Assembly: GCA_964016885.1 (NCBI GenBank)
Contig: OZ024743.1
Coordinates: 71,920,001-71,984,000 of the forward strand
Direction: 5' to 3'
Origin: Eledone cirrhosa
Taxonomy: Eukaryota
Length of the DNA: 64,000 bases
The position numbers and the translations under genes were made by a program. Within the stretch, counting starts at the first letter, position 1; each line of letters starts with the position of its first letter. This document shows, piece after piece, positions 1 to 14,224 of the stretch. A model generated the notes under the pieces. That model did not search any database, had not been told where the DNA came from, and saw nothing but the letters and a program-made list of their open reading frames with translations.

Positions 1-1726
1 AAATAAATTGTTCACATCCTATGCCCAGTCATGATATACAGAAATAGGGAAAGAACAAATAATTATTGAAATCCCCCTACCACGGAAGAAGTTGAGAGAG
101 ATTTGGAGTGACGAGAAGTCGTATAATGCTAAAGTAGGTTGGATAAGTCGCTTGGAAAAATCCTACAAACATTTACAAGTATGAGAAGACATCTCAATAG
201 CAGACTTAAGGATGGCACTCAATAAAGCCTATAATTGGAAATTTCTGGCTTTCCTCACTCCCGTACACACACAAAATATTATTCAAGCTGTTCAACGAAA
301 TTATGAAAGATCCTACCAGAAATAGTAAGTGGCATTACTTACCTTCTCCCAAAGAACAATGAAACTAAGGATAAAAAAACTATCGACTCATAACATACAT
401 TTCCCCTACTTATAAAATCTTATCTATTCTCAAAATCATAAGTGTTTATGGAGGAGAACGATCTTTTCCCCATTGAACTAAAAGGGTGCCAACGAGGTTC
501 ATATGGTTGTAAAGATCAACTCTTGATTAATCATATGATTCTTGAGAACTGTCATAATAAACAGAGAAATCTCAGTTCCACATGGATCAATTACAAAAAA
601 AATTGACAGCATACCAAACTCATTGAGTCTGCAATCACTGGACGTCTTCAAAATCTCACCTGTAATTTCATACTTCCTGAAACACAATATGTCATTGTAG
701 AACAAATCTCCAAATATTTCATTCCAATGGAGTACTAAGTTCTCACAATATAAGCATCAACTGTGACATTTTCAACGGTGACTCGCTTTCACCTGTACAT
801 TTTTGCATAGCTTTATAGCAGAACTTAACAGAACACGGTATGGTTACACAATTGTCAACAAGAAAATAAGCCACCTATTTTATATGGATCATTGAAAGCT
901 ATATTGCAAAAACGATGGTGAGCTTGACGGCTTTTTGCGGACTGTAAAAAACATTTAGTGGTGACTTCAGGATGGATGTTGGTCTTGATAAGTGTACCAA
1001 GGCGGCTTTCAAGAAAGGGGAGATTATCAACTTAATGGTAACCAGGTTGGACAGACTAATGAAACTGGCAACTGTTGCTACTAAGAATATAAAATCAATA
1101 TAAAAAAAAGAACGTGCAGAAACAATTAGCATCAACGTGGATGCAAAGACCACTGCATGGCAAATATGTGGCCCGTAGTAAACAATCTGATGTTGACCAG
1201 AACCACACCAATCAGTGGCTAAGTAGCTGAAGGCTACAAAGCCGAGAACGAAGGCTTCATCTGTCCAGGGTCCACGCTTACTGACACGGAAATACCAAGC
1301 TAATGTGATGAAGAATGGAGAAAATCCGAAATACCGATTCTGCAATGTTGAGATTGAAACAGTGGACCACTTAATATAGAATGTAAAGTTTTAGCACCAG
1401 TAGAGTATAAATCAAGACATGGCAGAGGTGGTCGATATCTACACGGGTTAATATGTCGGCATAAAACCAAAGCTGCTGACAAGTTGTACAATCATCACCC
1501 CGAGTCTGTAACTGAAAGAGAAAAAAGTAACGATTCTATGGGACTTTCCTGTACACACTGACAGCACCATAAAAGATCATAGACCATATATTATTATAAT
1601 AGGCCAAAATAACAAAGTACGTTTACTAATTGATTTGAACATCCCATGCGATCACAATATCACGGCAAAAGAATGTGACAAGCTAAGAGAATATAAAGAT
1701 TTGCTCATTGAAATTAGAAAAAATGT
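1..1726 (+). mobile_element. Decayed R4/Dong-like non-LTR retrotransposon (RT + RLE), running off the left edge
   Basis: Broken frames give LKGCQRGSYGCKDQLLINHMILE (~478-548), HLFYMD (~871-890) and LWDFPVHTDSTIKDHRPYIII (~1535-1600), collinear with the LINE at 14.3-18.0 kb. Confidence 0.85.
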
Positions 1727-1909
1727 GTGTATGTATGCGTATATATAGGTATGGATGTGTGTGTGTGTCTGTATGTGTATTTGTGTATACATATGTGTGT
1801 ATGTTTATATATATATGTGTGTGTTTTAAGCAGTAAACAGAATCAATATGGTGGTTTTAGGAAAAGACTCGGTAAAAACGAAAGCAACTCAGAAGGAAGA
1901 GGAAAAACA

Positions 1910-1950
<41 letters not shown>

Positions 1951-1953
<3 letters not shown>

Positions 1954-2430
1954 GGGAAGAAGACGTACGAGGTGGCGGAGGTCATGAAATCGCTCCCGTA
2001 AGTTTTGAATTTTTAACATATTTAAATCATTTGTGAAATAACAACTCTTAGTACAAATGCTACGTAAAGCACCCGGCTTGAGCCCCAAAAAATTCGGACC
2101 CCAAATATATTGTTATAAGGCTCAAATATTCAAATATTCAACTTTGTATTGTACACTGTATATCCAAAAAAGAAAATGGCTATAAATGGAAGAAGACCCC
2201 CCCCCTCCTCTCATCTGTCTACACTATATAGAACAGCCAAACTCACCAACACCAGAAACTAGATACACCACCCACCTCATCACCTGTGTACACTAAACAC
2301 AACAGCCAGGTAACGGCAATTTCACCACCACCGCTCACTACTGCCATCATTACCACCACTATCCCATCACCACCGCCACCACTCCTTCACCCCTTCACTG
2401 CTACCACCGCTACAACACCATCACCACAGT
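1951..2430. repeat. Dispersed repeat X, copy 1, after (AAT)n at 1910-1951
   Basis: AAGGGAAGAAGACG...GGTCATGAAATCGCTCCCGTAAGTTTT...TTAACATATTTAAATC recurs from ~13247. Confidence 0.8.
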
Positions 2431-2899
2431 AATACGATCACATCGCCACCACCACTGCCTCGGTATCGACATCACCACCACCACTGTCTCAGTATCGCTA
2501 CCGCCGCCAGTCTCCCACTTCTTCCAGCTGGTTGCTGCCACCACATTATAGAATTCCTACTACTAAAAAAGAGGAAGGCATCAAAATATATAGATAGACT
2601 CAAAAGAAAAAAGTAAAAACAAACAACAAAACCAAAGCAGCACAGCAACAACAGCAAAAAACGGGAAAAACAAACAGAGAAAAACAAAAACAAAACAAAA
2701 AAAAAAAAAAAAACGTAAAGAAAATAAGAATGAAGAGAGAAGCAGGCGGACGGACAGAGAAGAGGGGGGGGGGGAAACTAAAACTAAAAAAACAAAAACT
2801 AAGTCAGACATTCGAACACTACATTACAATGAAACTTATGCTTATTCATTTTTGGGGCCTTTCTGCCTGTGTGTTTGTTTGTTTATGTGTGTTCGTATA

Positions 2900-5853
2900 C
2901 AGCGTGGTGATAATGCCACACAAGGGCCAAGTGGAACGGCGAATCCACAGATGGCTATGTAACCATACATTCGCCAATCCTCGATAAGAGTGTTTAAATA
3001 TCGAACATAAACAGTTTGAATAACGGTGAAATGGAGACTAGAACGTCATGTGACAGACTCTCACCCAACAGGTGCCCCCTGACTCAGCAGCAGGAACCTG
3101 ACTGTCAACCAAATACTGCTGATGTTGGAGGAAGAAGAAGAAGGAAAGGGACCAGAACCAACTGGACTAAAGAATTGAATAGAACTGTTATGCAATGTTA
3201 CCTGAAAAGTAACCCCAAGGAGAGGGGCTATAGGAGACGGATGCATAACATCTGGAACGAGATTGGTCTATTTAAATTAGATGAACAAAAATTGGCAAAG
3301 AGTGCAAAAATCAGGCGATACGAGAACAGAGTCAGTCAGTATAAACAGAACCGCATGTTCGACAACAACCAGAAGATGCTGTTTGGACAGCTTGAGGGGA
3401 AAGAAAGAGGCAACGACTTGATCCCTGGAGCGGAGCAAACTAAAACATTCTGGAGAGGAATATGGGAGCAGGATGTTAGACATAATGTCCAGGCAGGGTG
3501 GATTGAGACAGTACAGAGGGAGATCAGTGAGCAGGCACACCAACAAACTGATTTGAGTATCACAGTTGAAACTCTTAAGGGGCAGGCCAAAAAACTAACC
3601 AACTGGAAATCACCAGGCCCAGATGGTGTGCAGAGGTATTGGATTAAAAATGTAACATCCCTCCACCCGAAGATGACGGCCATGTTCAATGACTGCTTGG
3701 TGTCGGGTGAGGTGCCAGAGTGGTTGACAAAAGGTACCACAGTTCTGATAATGAAAGACCGAATCAAGGGTAATGATGTTACCAACTATAGACCTATCAC
3801 ATGTCTGTCCGTAATGTGGAAACTGTTGACGAGCATTGTGTCTGAGGAAATCTACCATCACCTCCACACAAACAACTTGTTACCGGACGAACAGAAAGGA
3901 TGCCGAAAGAAGTCACGTGGTACAAAGGACCAGTTACTTATTGATAAGATGGTAATGGGGAATTGCAGGAGGAGACACACTGATCTTGCCATGGGATGGA
4001 TAGACTACAGAAAGGCATTTGACATGGTGCCTCATTCTTGGATCACCAAAAGCCTGGAGATCTTCAGGGTGGCAGATAACATCAGACAGTTGTTGGGCAA
4101 ATGTATGAAGTCCTGGAAAACAGAGTTGACATCAACTGGAGTATCCTTCGGAAGCGTGAAGATCAAGAGAGGTATCTTCCAGGGAGATAGCCTGTACCCT
4201 CTGTTGTTTGTCCTTGCCCTGATGCCCTTGACCATTATGCTGCGAAAAGTGAGAGCAGGATACAAGTTGGGAAGGGGAGAGCTTACCATCAATCACCTCC
4301 TCTTCATGGACGATCTTAACTCTTCGGGAAAAGTGAGAAGGAGTTGGATGTGCTTGTTGACACTGTCCGTATTTTCAGCAGTGATATATGTATGCAGTTT
4401 GGTATTAGTAAATGTGGAGTCATTGTGATGAGGAGGGGTAGGTTGAGCAGAAGTAACGGGATCCAGATACCAACAGGTGAGATGATAAAGGAAATTGACT
4501 CTGAGGAAGGATACAAGTATTTGGGCTTTCTGGAGGCTGATGGCATAAAGAACAAAAAAATGAAGGAATTGTTAAGAACTGAATATATTCGGAGAGTAAG
4601 GAGCGTATTGAAGTCACATCTGAACAGCAGAAATGCCATAAGCGCAGTCAATTCCCGAGCTGTGTCTATTATTAGGTACAGTGCGGGAATTCTGAGATGG
4701 AATGTTGCTGAACAAAAAGAAATGGATAGGAAGACTAGGAAGCTATTGACTATCTACAACATGTTCCACAAGAGGAGTGATGTCGATAGACTCTACCTAA
4801 GGAGATCTGAGGGTGGAAGAGGTCTTATCAGCATAGAGGACTGTGTTCAGACGGAGAAAAACAACCTATACAAATACGTGACCTATAGTAAGGAGCCAAT
4901 GCTCAGAACTGTACTGAAGGAGGGGACAGTAGGCCAGGGGATGTCCAAGGAGGAAATAACATCAAGGAGGAAGAGCAGCCTTAAGGGAAAATCCCTTCAT
5001 AGTACCTTCTTTGAGAAAACTGAATTTAGAGATCCAGAGACATGGAACTGGTTGAGAAGAGGAGACCTCAAAAAGGCTACAGAAGGAATGCTAATGGCTG
5101 CGCAGGAGCAGGCCCTCAAAACGAATTGGTTGAAGCACCATATTTACAAGGAGGAGGCTAGCCCACTGTGCAGGATCTGTGGAGAGAGAGAGGAGACTGT
5201 GGCTCACATTGTGTCCGAGTGTAAACACCTAGCCCAGAACCACTATAAGGGCTGGAGACACGATGTGATGGGCAGGGTGATCCACTGGCACCTGTGCAAA
5301 GTAAACAATTTACCACACTCTGAGAAATGGTATGAGCATAGCCCAGAGGCGGTGATGGAGAACAATCAGGTGAAGGTGCTGTGGGATGATTTTAGGATAC
5401 AGACGGACAAAAAACTGGAACACAATAGACCTGACCTGGTGGTTGTGGACAAAGAAAAAAGATCGTGCCTGATTGTGGATGTGGCCTGCCCTTTCGACAC
5501 GAGAGTGCAAGAGAAGGGGAGGGAGAAAATTAACCGATACCAGGACCTAAAGTGGGAGGTGAAAAGGATTTGGAACTGCCATGAAGTCAAAGTGATCCCG
5601 ATTGTCATAGGCGCACTGGGGGCTATCTCCAAAAGTTTCCAGGGATGGTTAAAGAAAATCGGCTCCTTCACGCTTTTTGGAACGCTTCAAAAGGCATGCT
5701 TGCTTGGAACAGCAAGAACCCTCCGATACGTCCTGAATATCTGAGGCTGCAGGTATTGGCTTGATATTCATTCCAACGGACTTTCCAGTTAACCAACATC
5801 AATGACTGAGATTCAAGGAATAACAACAATAATAATAATAATAATAATAATAA
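2900..5853 (+). mobile_element. R4/Dong-like RLE LINE, subfamily A, with 3' (AAT)n tail
   Basis: RT motifs (KSPGPDG, NYRPITCL, DYRKAFD, GIFQGDSL, HLLFMDD), CCHC knuckle CRICGEREETVAHIVSEC, RHD and PD..D..P RLE motifs; short 3' UTR then (AAT)n at 5821-5853. The 5' boundary is approximate. Confidence 0.93.
3031..5744 (+). pseudogene. RT-RLE polyprotein, frameshifted just after FMDD (~4319), with a probable in-frame N-terminal deletion (~3295)
   Basis: ORFs 3016-4428 and 4344-5744 join. GATCTTAACTCTTC here versus GATCTTAAACTCTTT in the paralogue at ~18616 shows a 1-nt deletion. Confidence 0.9.
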
Positions 5854-7463
5854 TTTCATTTATTAGCCACAAGGGCCGACATGTAGGGGACAATACAAAC
5901 TCAGGGACAGTGGGAGTTACAATAAGGTCGAGTAAAAGTGCACAATGGCAATACTAATTTAACAAGGAATATATACAAATATAAAATAAACTATGCACAA
6001 ATATAACAAAATAAATTCCCCGATAGTGGTGGACGACGCTGGGGTGACTCAGGTACCCCACCAATCCTGAACCAACCTACGCTTCTAGGGCACCCAGGGA
6101 GAGACCCCTCTCCTCAAGTTAGCTAGCCTATAGGCGCATGGTCAGAGTCACCCATTCACACGAGCCATTCTCGCCACATTCATTCACCCTTTAGCAAATG
6201 TACTGGGGGGCAGCACTTCTCTCTCCACCCTCGCCTTCCTTTCCAGGTGAAACTTGAGAAGTTGATGAGAGATTAGCCGAAGAGAAAAGTGTCCGTCTTC
6301 ACTCCTTTTAATCTGGTCTACCATAAAACCTCTTTCGCAACTGCCACCAGACAGAGGAAAATTCCTGCTCTTCCTGACCTAAGGAAGGTGGTAGATCGAT
6401 CTTCACTATGGACTCGGCCAATAGCCGGTTTCGTTCCACACGCGACAGTAGTTGTTCGACATAACTCCACAAGTCAGTAATGCACGGACATTGGACAAGT
6501 GCGTGCAGACGGTTTCGTCGTTCTGTGCACATCTTGGGCAGGTTCGTCTGACAGCACTTCCGTGCCTGTAGAGTTTATCCCGAAACGACAGTGCCCCCCC
6601 CCCCCGGTAGCACTGCCAACGAGGGATTTCTGGAAATTGTCCATCGTCCCTGGCTCGAAAGTCCTCCGGTACAGACTGGTCAGTACTCGAGAGTGGAAGT
6701 TCTACTGATCCCATTGCCCGCTTGGTAGAGGGCAGTGAGTGCCTGGCAACATTCCAGGTGCCAGTCACCCAGTCTCGGTCTCTTCTTGACCCAGGACTGC
6801 AGCTCAGTCAAAGAGACGAGCTGCGGAAAGGTCCGTGTGATAAACGGCGACCACATCTGTTCACCGTTTAGGCAGAATATCTGCAGATGTCGCATCATTA
6901 GCCACGGCATGCCCAGCACTCCGCGTAGACGGTGCTGGGAGTAGATGGACCGCCTCACCAACGAAACCTGTCACCTCCACAAGAATTTGAAGAGGTGCCG
7001 TTCCAACTTGACGAGGCGCGGAAGGGGGCAAGGCACGACGGTCAGGCGGTAGTAGATGACGGACGCGATGTATGCATTCGCCACCTCCACGTGACCTTTC
7101 AGTGATAGCTTCCTCCCAGCCCATTTTGGGGTGAGACTGGCTACTCTGCTCGTTACCTCGTCCCAATTCATTTCCACCTGGAGTTCTGGTCCGAACCAAA
7201 CCCCGAAGCTCCAGCTTCCACAGTAAAGGCTCGAGAGTCAATACGTACAGAAGGGAAGAGAGAGGGCACCCTTGACGGACCGATCGGGAGAGCCGAAATG
7301 GTTCCGAGAGGTGGCCATTAACCTTGACCACCGATCGTGTGCCGCTGTGAATTGCAGCGATCCAGCTTCGGAAGACAGGGCCGAAGACAGCCGCTTTGAG
7401 GACAAACTCCTGATACCGATGGTCGATCCTATCGAATGCTTTCGATTGATCTAAATTGATCAG
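5854..7463 (-). mobile_element. 5'-truncated, internally deleted Tx1-like L1 LINE
   Basis: LINLDQSKAFDRIDH, SVRQGCPLSSLLYVL and C-terminal CPRCAQNDET..HALVQCP; 3' end CCTTGTGGCTAATAAATGAA-(ATT)n. Confidence 0.88.
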
Positions 7464-7739
7464 TAGTAATAATAATAATAATAATAATGCTTTCTTTATT
7501 AACCACAAGGGTTTACATAAAGTAGACATTAAGGACAGTACAGGACAATACAGGACGGTACAAATGGGCATTTCTGCGTGTAAAAAAAAACAAAAACAGG
7601 ATGTAACAAAAAATAGCAATGAAAAATTCCCCAATAGAGGGGAGACTTCCGAGGGACATTTGTGGAGAAAGCCCATTAAAAGGCCACAGTGACCCTGACC
7701 ACCAGGGCAAGTGCCCTCTTCCAGTTTTCCACCTTTAAT

Positions 7740-10700
7740 TTACAGACACATACTCAGAGTAGGCCCATTCACTCGGGCCATTCTTGCCTCTCTCACCCAT
7801 CTTTCAACAAAATGCTGGGAAGAGAGCACTTCCCTCTCTATCCTGATTTGCCTTTTCAAATGAAATTTGAAAAGGTTAATCAGGGCATCACTGAAGAGGT
7901 AAATGCTCGTCTTCAGCCCTTTCAAACATGTCCACCATTCTATCTCTTTCGCCATGGCCACCAGACAGATTAAAAACTGCCTGCCCTTCCCGGCTAATGG
8001 AAGAAGGCGGGGAAATCCTCACGGTGGACTCAGCTGATAGCTGGATCCGTCCTACACGCGACAGCAGGTGTTCGACATAAACCCACAAGTCAGCAATGCT
8101 TGGACACTGGACGAGTGCGTGCAGGACGGTTTCGTCGTCCTGCGCGCATCTCGGACATGCCCGGCTGACGGCAGCTCCATGCCTGTAGATTTTATCCCGA
8201 ACTGGCAAAGATCCTCGGTAGCACTGCCAGGCAAGGGATTTCTGGAAGTTCTCCATAGGCCGCGGCCCGAAAGTTCTTCCAAAGAGATTGGCTAGTTGAT
8301 TTTCGTCGACGCCTAGAATTTCCCCAAGTACGTCGTCGCTCTTCCCCTCCACTAATCCTCTATAGAATGCCAAGGTGGATTTTCTACCGATCACATTGCC
8401 CGAATGGTCGAAGGCTGAGACCGCCTTAAGACATTCCAGTCTCCAAGCGCTGCCTCTCGGTCTTCGCTTGACCCAGGACTGCAACTCCGTCAAGGAGACG
8501 AGCTGAGGAAAGACGCATGTAGCAAACGGCGTCCACACCTGCGCACCGTCAAGGAAGAGGTGAAGATGTCGTAGCCTGAGTGCGTGTCCGCGCATCATCA
8601 GCCACGGCATGCCCAGCCCTCCACGTAGCGGGTGTTGACAACAAATGGACAGCCTGACCATCAGAGCGCGTCACTTCCACAATAGGCGAAAGAGCAAATG
8701 CTCCAGCGCAGTCAGGCGGGACTTAGGACAAGGTACGACGATCAGGAGAGAAGCCACCCTGCTCGTCACCTCGTCCCAGTTTTTGTCCGTCTGGAGGGTC
8801 CGGACCGAAACAGACCCCTAGCAATTTAACCGGTCCGTTCTTCCAGCGCCCGACGACGCTGTTGGACGGCATGGACCTGCCTCTCCATGTGTCGAGCTGC
8901 AGGCCCACTGACTTTTCCTGGTTGATCATTGCTCCTGTCACCGCTTCGTATTCGCATATTGTAGTGCCGATCGCCTCGATGTGTTTGGCGTTCGACACCA
9001 CTACGGTGACATCGTCCGCATATGCTGACACGGATCTTCCGCATCCTAGTTCGCGCGCGACGCCCCTCAACGTCTCCAGTTTGTGCAGTAATGGCTCGAG
9101 AGTCAATACATACAAGAGGGACGAGAGGGGACATCTTTGGCGGACCGAGCGCATGATGTTGAACGGTTCCGAAAGGTGATCGTCCACTCTCACCACAGAG
9201 CAGATGTCGCTGTGCATGGCAGCGATCCACCCTCTGAAGACGGGCCCAAAGCCACCCGCCTTCAGGACGGTAGCTAGTTTACGATGGTCGACCCTATCGA
9301 AAGCTTTCGACAGATCTAAATTGATCAAGAACCCACCCGTGCCAGGTTTCCTAGCTACCCTCTCTACGATGTATCGCATGAGGTGGAGGTTGTAGTGGAT
9401 GGATCTGTCGGGAATGGCGCATGCATGCGCCTCTCCCACCAGACCACCAACGACAAGCGCCGACCTGTTTGCTAGCACCTTGCCCAAAATCTTGAACTCT
9501 GTGTTTAGCAGAGTTATGAGCCTGAAATTATCTATGTTACCCCCCTTGTTCGGATCTTTTCTCAGCAGCGCCACCGCTCCTCGGCTCACAGAGCTGGGAA
9601 TTCTCCCGTTCTGTTGCCAGTTGCAGTAGACGTCCGCCAAGAGGCCTCCGAACAAGTCTGGCATGTGTACGTAAAGTTCATAGGGCAGACCATCCAAACC
9701 AGGGGATTTACCCCTTGTGCAGCCAGTCATTGCCTCCCGTACTTCAGCCGCTGTTATCGGCTTTTCGCAACACTCCGCCTCAGTGGCCGAAAGCCGCGGC
9801 AATCCCTCGAGGTAGACACTGAAGTCCATCCCTCGACCCGGCCCACCGCTCGCCCCGAACAGCTGAGCCAAGTGTCGTTGAAAAGATTCACACATTTGCT
9901 CGGGATCGAGTAGCATGCGCCCGTGGGGGTCCACCAAAGACCGGTTGCTTTGTTGCCACGACGCCCCCCCCCCACTCGGGCCCATTGAACGGCTTTCGTC
10001 CCCTCGTGTCTGAGAACATGCACCCTAGCTCTGACAACGCAGTCTTCGTGTTTTGCATTGAAGAATTGGTCAAGGGCAAATTTCGCCGCAAGTACGTCGG
10101 TCGTGATGCCTTTGCTAAGCATCTCGCCTAATTTTCTAACTATTTCTCTCTCTGCTCTATTTTTCTCTTTTGCTAAAGCCTTACTAAACCTAATGGACTT
10201 TATTCGAATCGCTCTTTTCAGAGCAAACCACCACTTGCTGTTGACGATGACCCCCCGTCAACGCCCGCTTAACTAGTTCGCTAATCCAGTCTCTGTAGGC
10301 CTTGCGCGTTGGTAAGGAAGCGTTTAGCTTCCAGTAGCCGGGTCCTCGTTTATGAAGCCTATCTAAGTCAAGCACACAGATCACGAATTTGTGGTCCTTG
10401 TAGCTGACTATCTTGAATTGTGGACAGCCTATGCTAGACCTATCTATTTCCCTACAAAATACTCTATCTAGATATGATCGGGATGACCCGAAGCGTTTTG
10501 TCCAAGTCCACATTGGCACATTCGGGATATCCAATCGGTACCTGTCAGACAGTTCAAAACCCCTGAGCAGGTTGGTGAGGCTCTTGCAACCTCCTCCCCT
10601 ATCCGCTAATCCCACACACTCCCAGCGTGCATCTAAGATCCAGTTCCAGTCGCCCACTAACACTAAAGAGCGGGACGTTCCAAGAAAGGTCTAGACGGGC

Positions 10701-11036
10701 ATAGACGGCCACTAGCCTGAAAGCTTGCACGTCTCCGCTGGTCACGTCCAGCACCACCAACTTACCTTCTGCGTCCAGGAAGATGGCCCATATGGCGAGA
10801 TTCAAACCTCTCCGAAAAAGCACAGCAACTCATCCCCCCGATCCAGGACGGCTGGGAGATGCGTACACATCGTAGCCGCCGAAGATCGGTGCGAAAGCCC
10901 GTGCTTCGGAAATTGTGGTCTCACTAATGGCCACTACATCTATGTTTAGTGACCTGAGGTCGTTGAGCAGCTGGCCCTCCTACCATGACATCCCCAAGCC
11001 ACGCGCATTTATGCTACCTATTCTGAGTGAGGTAAT
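7740..11036 (-). pseudogene. Tx1-like ORF2 (AP endonuclease + RT + C-terminal Zn finger), frameshifted
   Basis: ORF pieces 10599-10823, 10190-10663, 8723-9985, 7888-8661 and 7740-7961 are collinear with L1/Tx1 ORF2. Confidence 0.9.
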
Positions 11037-11039
11037 GTC

Positions 11040-12977
11040 GAAATGGAGTGGAAAAGATGGGAAAGACCACTTACCTTACTTCTCGTAGAGGAAGGATGGT
11101 TTCTCCATGCTTTTCACTGCTTGTGGCCTCCTCCGGAAGGATGTCCTTATAAAACCTCCTGGAGAGTGCTTGTCGGAGGTCTTGGATGTATTTGGGGAAT
11201 TTTTGTTTTAGTGACGTGTACGTTTTCTGTGTGATGCGAGTGATTTGTATGTGTGGAGGCGGTGTGAACTATTGGGTTGTTGTGTAGTCTTTTTCTGTGA
11301 TGCTGGTGTTGTGTTGGATGTAGTGTAATAATTGGTTGTTGTTCACACTTAATGCTGTGTAGTGTGTATCGTTTTCGTTGTTTTGTTTTGTTTGCGTTTG
11401 TTGTGGGTTTGTTTCTGTTTCGCTTTTTGTTGACTTTTGTGGTGTTGGTGATGGTGGTGTTGGGGTTAATGATGGTGATGGTGTTGGTGTTTGTGGTGAT
11501 GGGGTTGGTGATGCTGGTGTGGATGGTGGCATAGCTGTCCTAACTTTTTTGTTTGATAGTTTATTTGTTTCGCTCTGTATTTTGTTTTTGGAGGGGGAAG
11601 GAAGGGCATTTTTTCTTTTTTGGTTTCTTTTTGCTTTTTTTTTTTCCGCTACCGTTTCCCACTCCTCGTCGTCACAATCTGTCTCCAGTTGCAATAGGTC
11701 GAGGTGTGGAAAATCCTCCACAGGCGTTGGTTTTGGTTGTGGCGTGGTGGATGGTGTAGGTGCTGGTGCTAGTTCTGGCACGTTGGGTGGTGGTGTTGTT
11801 GGTTTTGCTACCGTTGCTGTTACAGTTGCTTCTGTTGTTGCTGCTACAGTTGTTGCATTTCTGCTGCTGGTGGTGTTGACGGTTGAGTCACTAGGGTGGG
11901 TAAGAGATGTGGCCTTAACCTTTTAGCCTGAGGGCAGAAATCCCTTAGGTGGGTTCCTCACCACAAACGACAACACAAGGCCTTCTGCCCTCGACGATTA
12001 TGGCGAGGTGGCTGCCGTCAGTGAGGTCTATTACCTCTGGGATCTCCTCAATGCTTTTTGGTCCGCTTGGATCAGGAGCTCCATCCCAGATCCGGACCAG
12101 TTCTCCTACTTTTCTTTCGCTATTTCGATTATCTTGGTGTTAGCCTCGATGCCGGCGAGGACGGCAGCCATTAGCCAGGGAATTTCGATGGCCGGTGGAA
12201 CGTGGGTCAACCTGATCTTCACGAGTCTCTGGTCACAATAGCTTGGCACCGGTGTGAAATCGTCACTTCTTAATGGGGCCATGGAGTGTTCTCTGGCCTC
12301 CTGTGGTGTTTCAAAGAACACATCCACGGTTCTATATTTCTGCCCACGTCTGATGTGGGGCTTTTTGCCCACACATGTCCCAAAGCTTTTTGCATTTGGG
12401 ACTCGGCTGCCCGTTCCACTCGGCGCGATTTCATGTTAATCGTCCGATAAGACACGGTACATAGGCGCCGATGCTCCATTTTATTTGGGGGAGGGGGGAG
12501 GCTGCCCCTGTACCCATCTTTCTTTACCATTCTCTTGGCTTCATCTAATTCCTCCTGAGTTACCTGGATTGCTTCGCACTTTTTTGCTACTATGGCAAAA
12601 GACAGGGTGGTTTTCTTATTCTCATTGTTGTTGTTGCTGTTGTTATCGTTGTTATTGTTATTTTTAGTTTCAGTTGTGGTGGTGGTGGCGTTAGTTGTGT
12701 TCGATGTGGAAGAGTCCATTTTGGGTTAATCCATTTCGATGTCACGAGATAATTTATTTTTTTCTTTTGTTTCTGTTGTCGCTGTGGTGGTGGTGGGGGT
12801 GGCGGCTTCAACACCTGCAGTCATTGGTAATGGCGTGAAATGAATGTCTGCATGAGACAAATTTAAATTATTGCTACTGCTTATATTTTTAGCGTTGGCA
12901 AACGTAGTAATATTTACAATGGTGCTGTCGGTGTGAGGTGTTAGTTTGTGAGGAAGGTGTGACAGTGAGTCGTCCAT
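11040..12977 (-). pseudogene. Tx1-like ORF1 with Asn/Thr-rich N-terminus, CCHC knuckle and Pro/Thr-rich C-terminus, frameshifted
   Basis: ORFs 12726-12977, 12270-12719, 12106-12372 and 11269-11781; IVEGRRPCVVCGEE/THLRDFC at ~11935-12000. Confidence 0.8.
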
Positions 12978-13192
12978 GATTTTCTTTCAAATAAATTTTT
13001 GTTTGATAATTATAAAAGTTTAAATTTTGGGCTCAAGGCCCCAATCTTTTTGAGTGTCCTTTTCAGAAAACAATGTATGTGCACTTATATACAGTTAACA
13101 ATAAACATTTTCCATAAATGGCAATTTTAAACAACTGAAAACAACAAACTTTTGCGGAGCTCACGGTAATACGATTTCCTACCTAGGTCGCC

Positions 13193-13245
<53 letters not shown>

Positions 13246-13246
13246 G

Positions 13247-13860
13247 ATAAGGGAAGAAGACGCACGTGGTGGTAGAAGGTCATGAAATCGCTCCCGTAAG
13301 TTTTTGATTTTTAACATATTTAAATCAATTGTGAAATAACAATTCTTAGTACAAATGTTGCATAAACCACCGAATCAAGTGCCATAAAATTTCGGATCCA
13401 TATCATATTGTTATATCGCTCAAATATTCAATTTTGTATTATATATTTTGTATTCAAAAAAGAAAATGGTTATACATGGAAGAAAACACCCCTGTCTACA
13501 CTATATAGAACAACCAAATAACAGAAATTTCACCAACACCAGAAACTTGATACACCACCTACCCCATCACACTAAATATAACAGCCAGATAACAGCAATT
13601 TCACCACCACCACCACCAATCCCAGCATCATAATAATAATTACTATTATTATTGTCTCAAGTTTTAACAAAATGTTTAATTCCAATTTTACGGGAATATG
13701 TCAACACAATATATATTAAACATACGCGACACAAACTCATAGATACTACATATCACAAAACTCAGTAACGACGACGCCACCGCCGCCACCACTCCATCCA
13801 TCATTGCTACCACTATCCCATCACCGCCGCCACCACTCCTTCATTGCTACCACCACTATT
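13247..13860. repeat. Dispersed repeat X, copy 2, after (AAT)n at 13193-13245
   Basis: Collinear with 1951-2430, with an interruption. Confidence 0.75.
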
Positions 13861-14224
13861 CCCCTGTTAACTTGAGAAAGGGGAAGGTGGCGGTATCACT
13901 AGACAAGGGAGAGGCTAGCAAAAGATATAAATAGATTGACTTAGTGACCTGGCCACCGGCCAAACGTCAACAACTATGGCACTGCTGGCTCACCCCTTCC
14001 TCACCAACAATATAAAAAGCCCCAGCCCCACCACCGACACAGCCAACAACAATAACAGGCAACTTCAGCAAAAAGTATATTATATTATTGTAATGCACTG
14101 GGTGATTGCTGGCCTTGTCCCTGGAGTGGAGACAATTATTAATAATTTCATTCTTAAGCCACGCAATGCTCACATTAAGGAACCACTCATGATAATAACA
14201 ATTTAAAAAAAAAACAACAAAAAG

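Larger units (their letters stand above)
7489..13192 (-). mobile_element. Near full-length (~5.7 kb) Tx1-like L1 LINE (ORF1 + APE-RT ORF2) flanked by (AAT)n
   Basis: APE motifs (SINARGL, VAISET, GDWN, SYLDR, DH, WKLN), RT motifs (KSPGLDGLPYE, DLSKAFD, SAYADD) and an ORF1 CCHC knuckle. 5' end GGCGACCTA abuts (ATT)n; 3' end AATAAAGAAAGC-(ATT)n. Confidence 0.93.

Noticed and set aside
2900-2990. Possible HDV-like or twister ribozyme at the LINE 5' end (GGCGAAT/ATTCGCC hairpin)
   Set aside because: I could not fit the nested pseudoknot or conserved loops by eye; needs a descriptor search.
6861-7676. 271-aa ORF with a hydrophobic leader, as a membrane protein
   Set aside because: Chimera of one Tx1 3' UTR, the (ATT)n run (poly-Leu) and the RT of the next Tx1.
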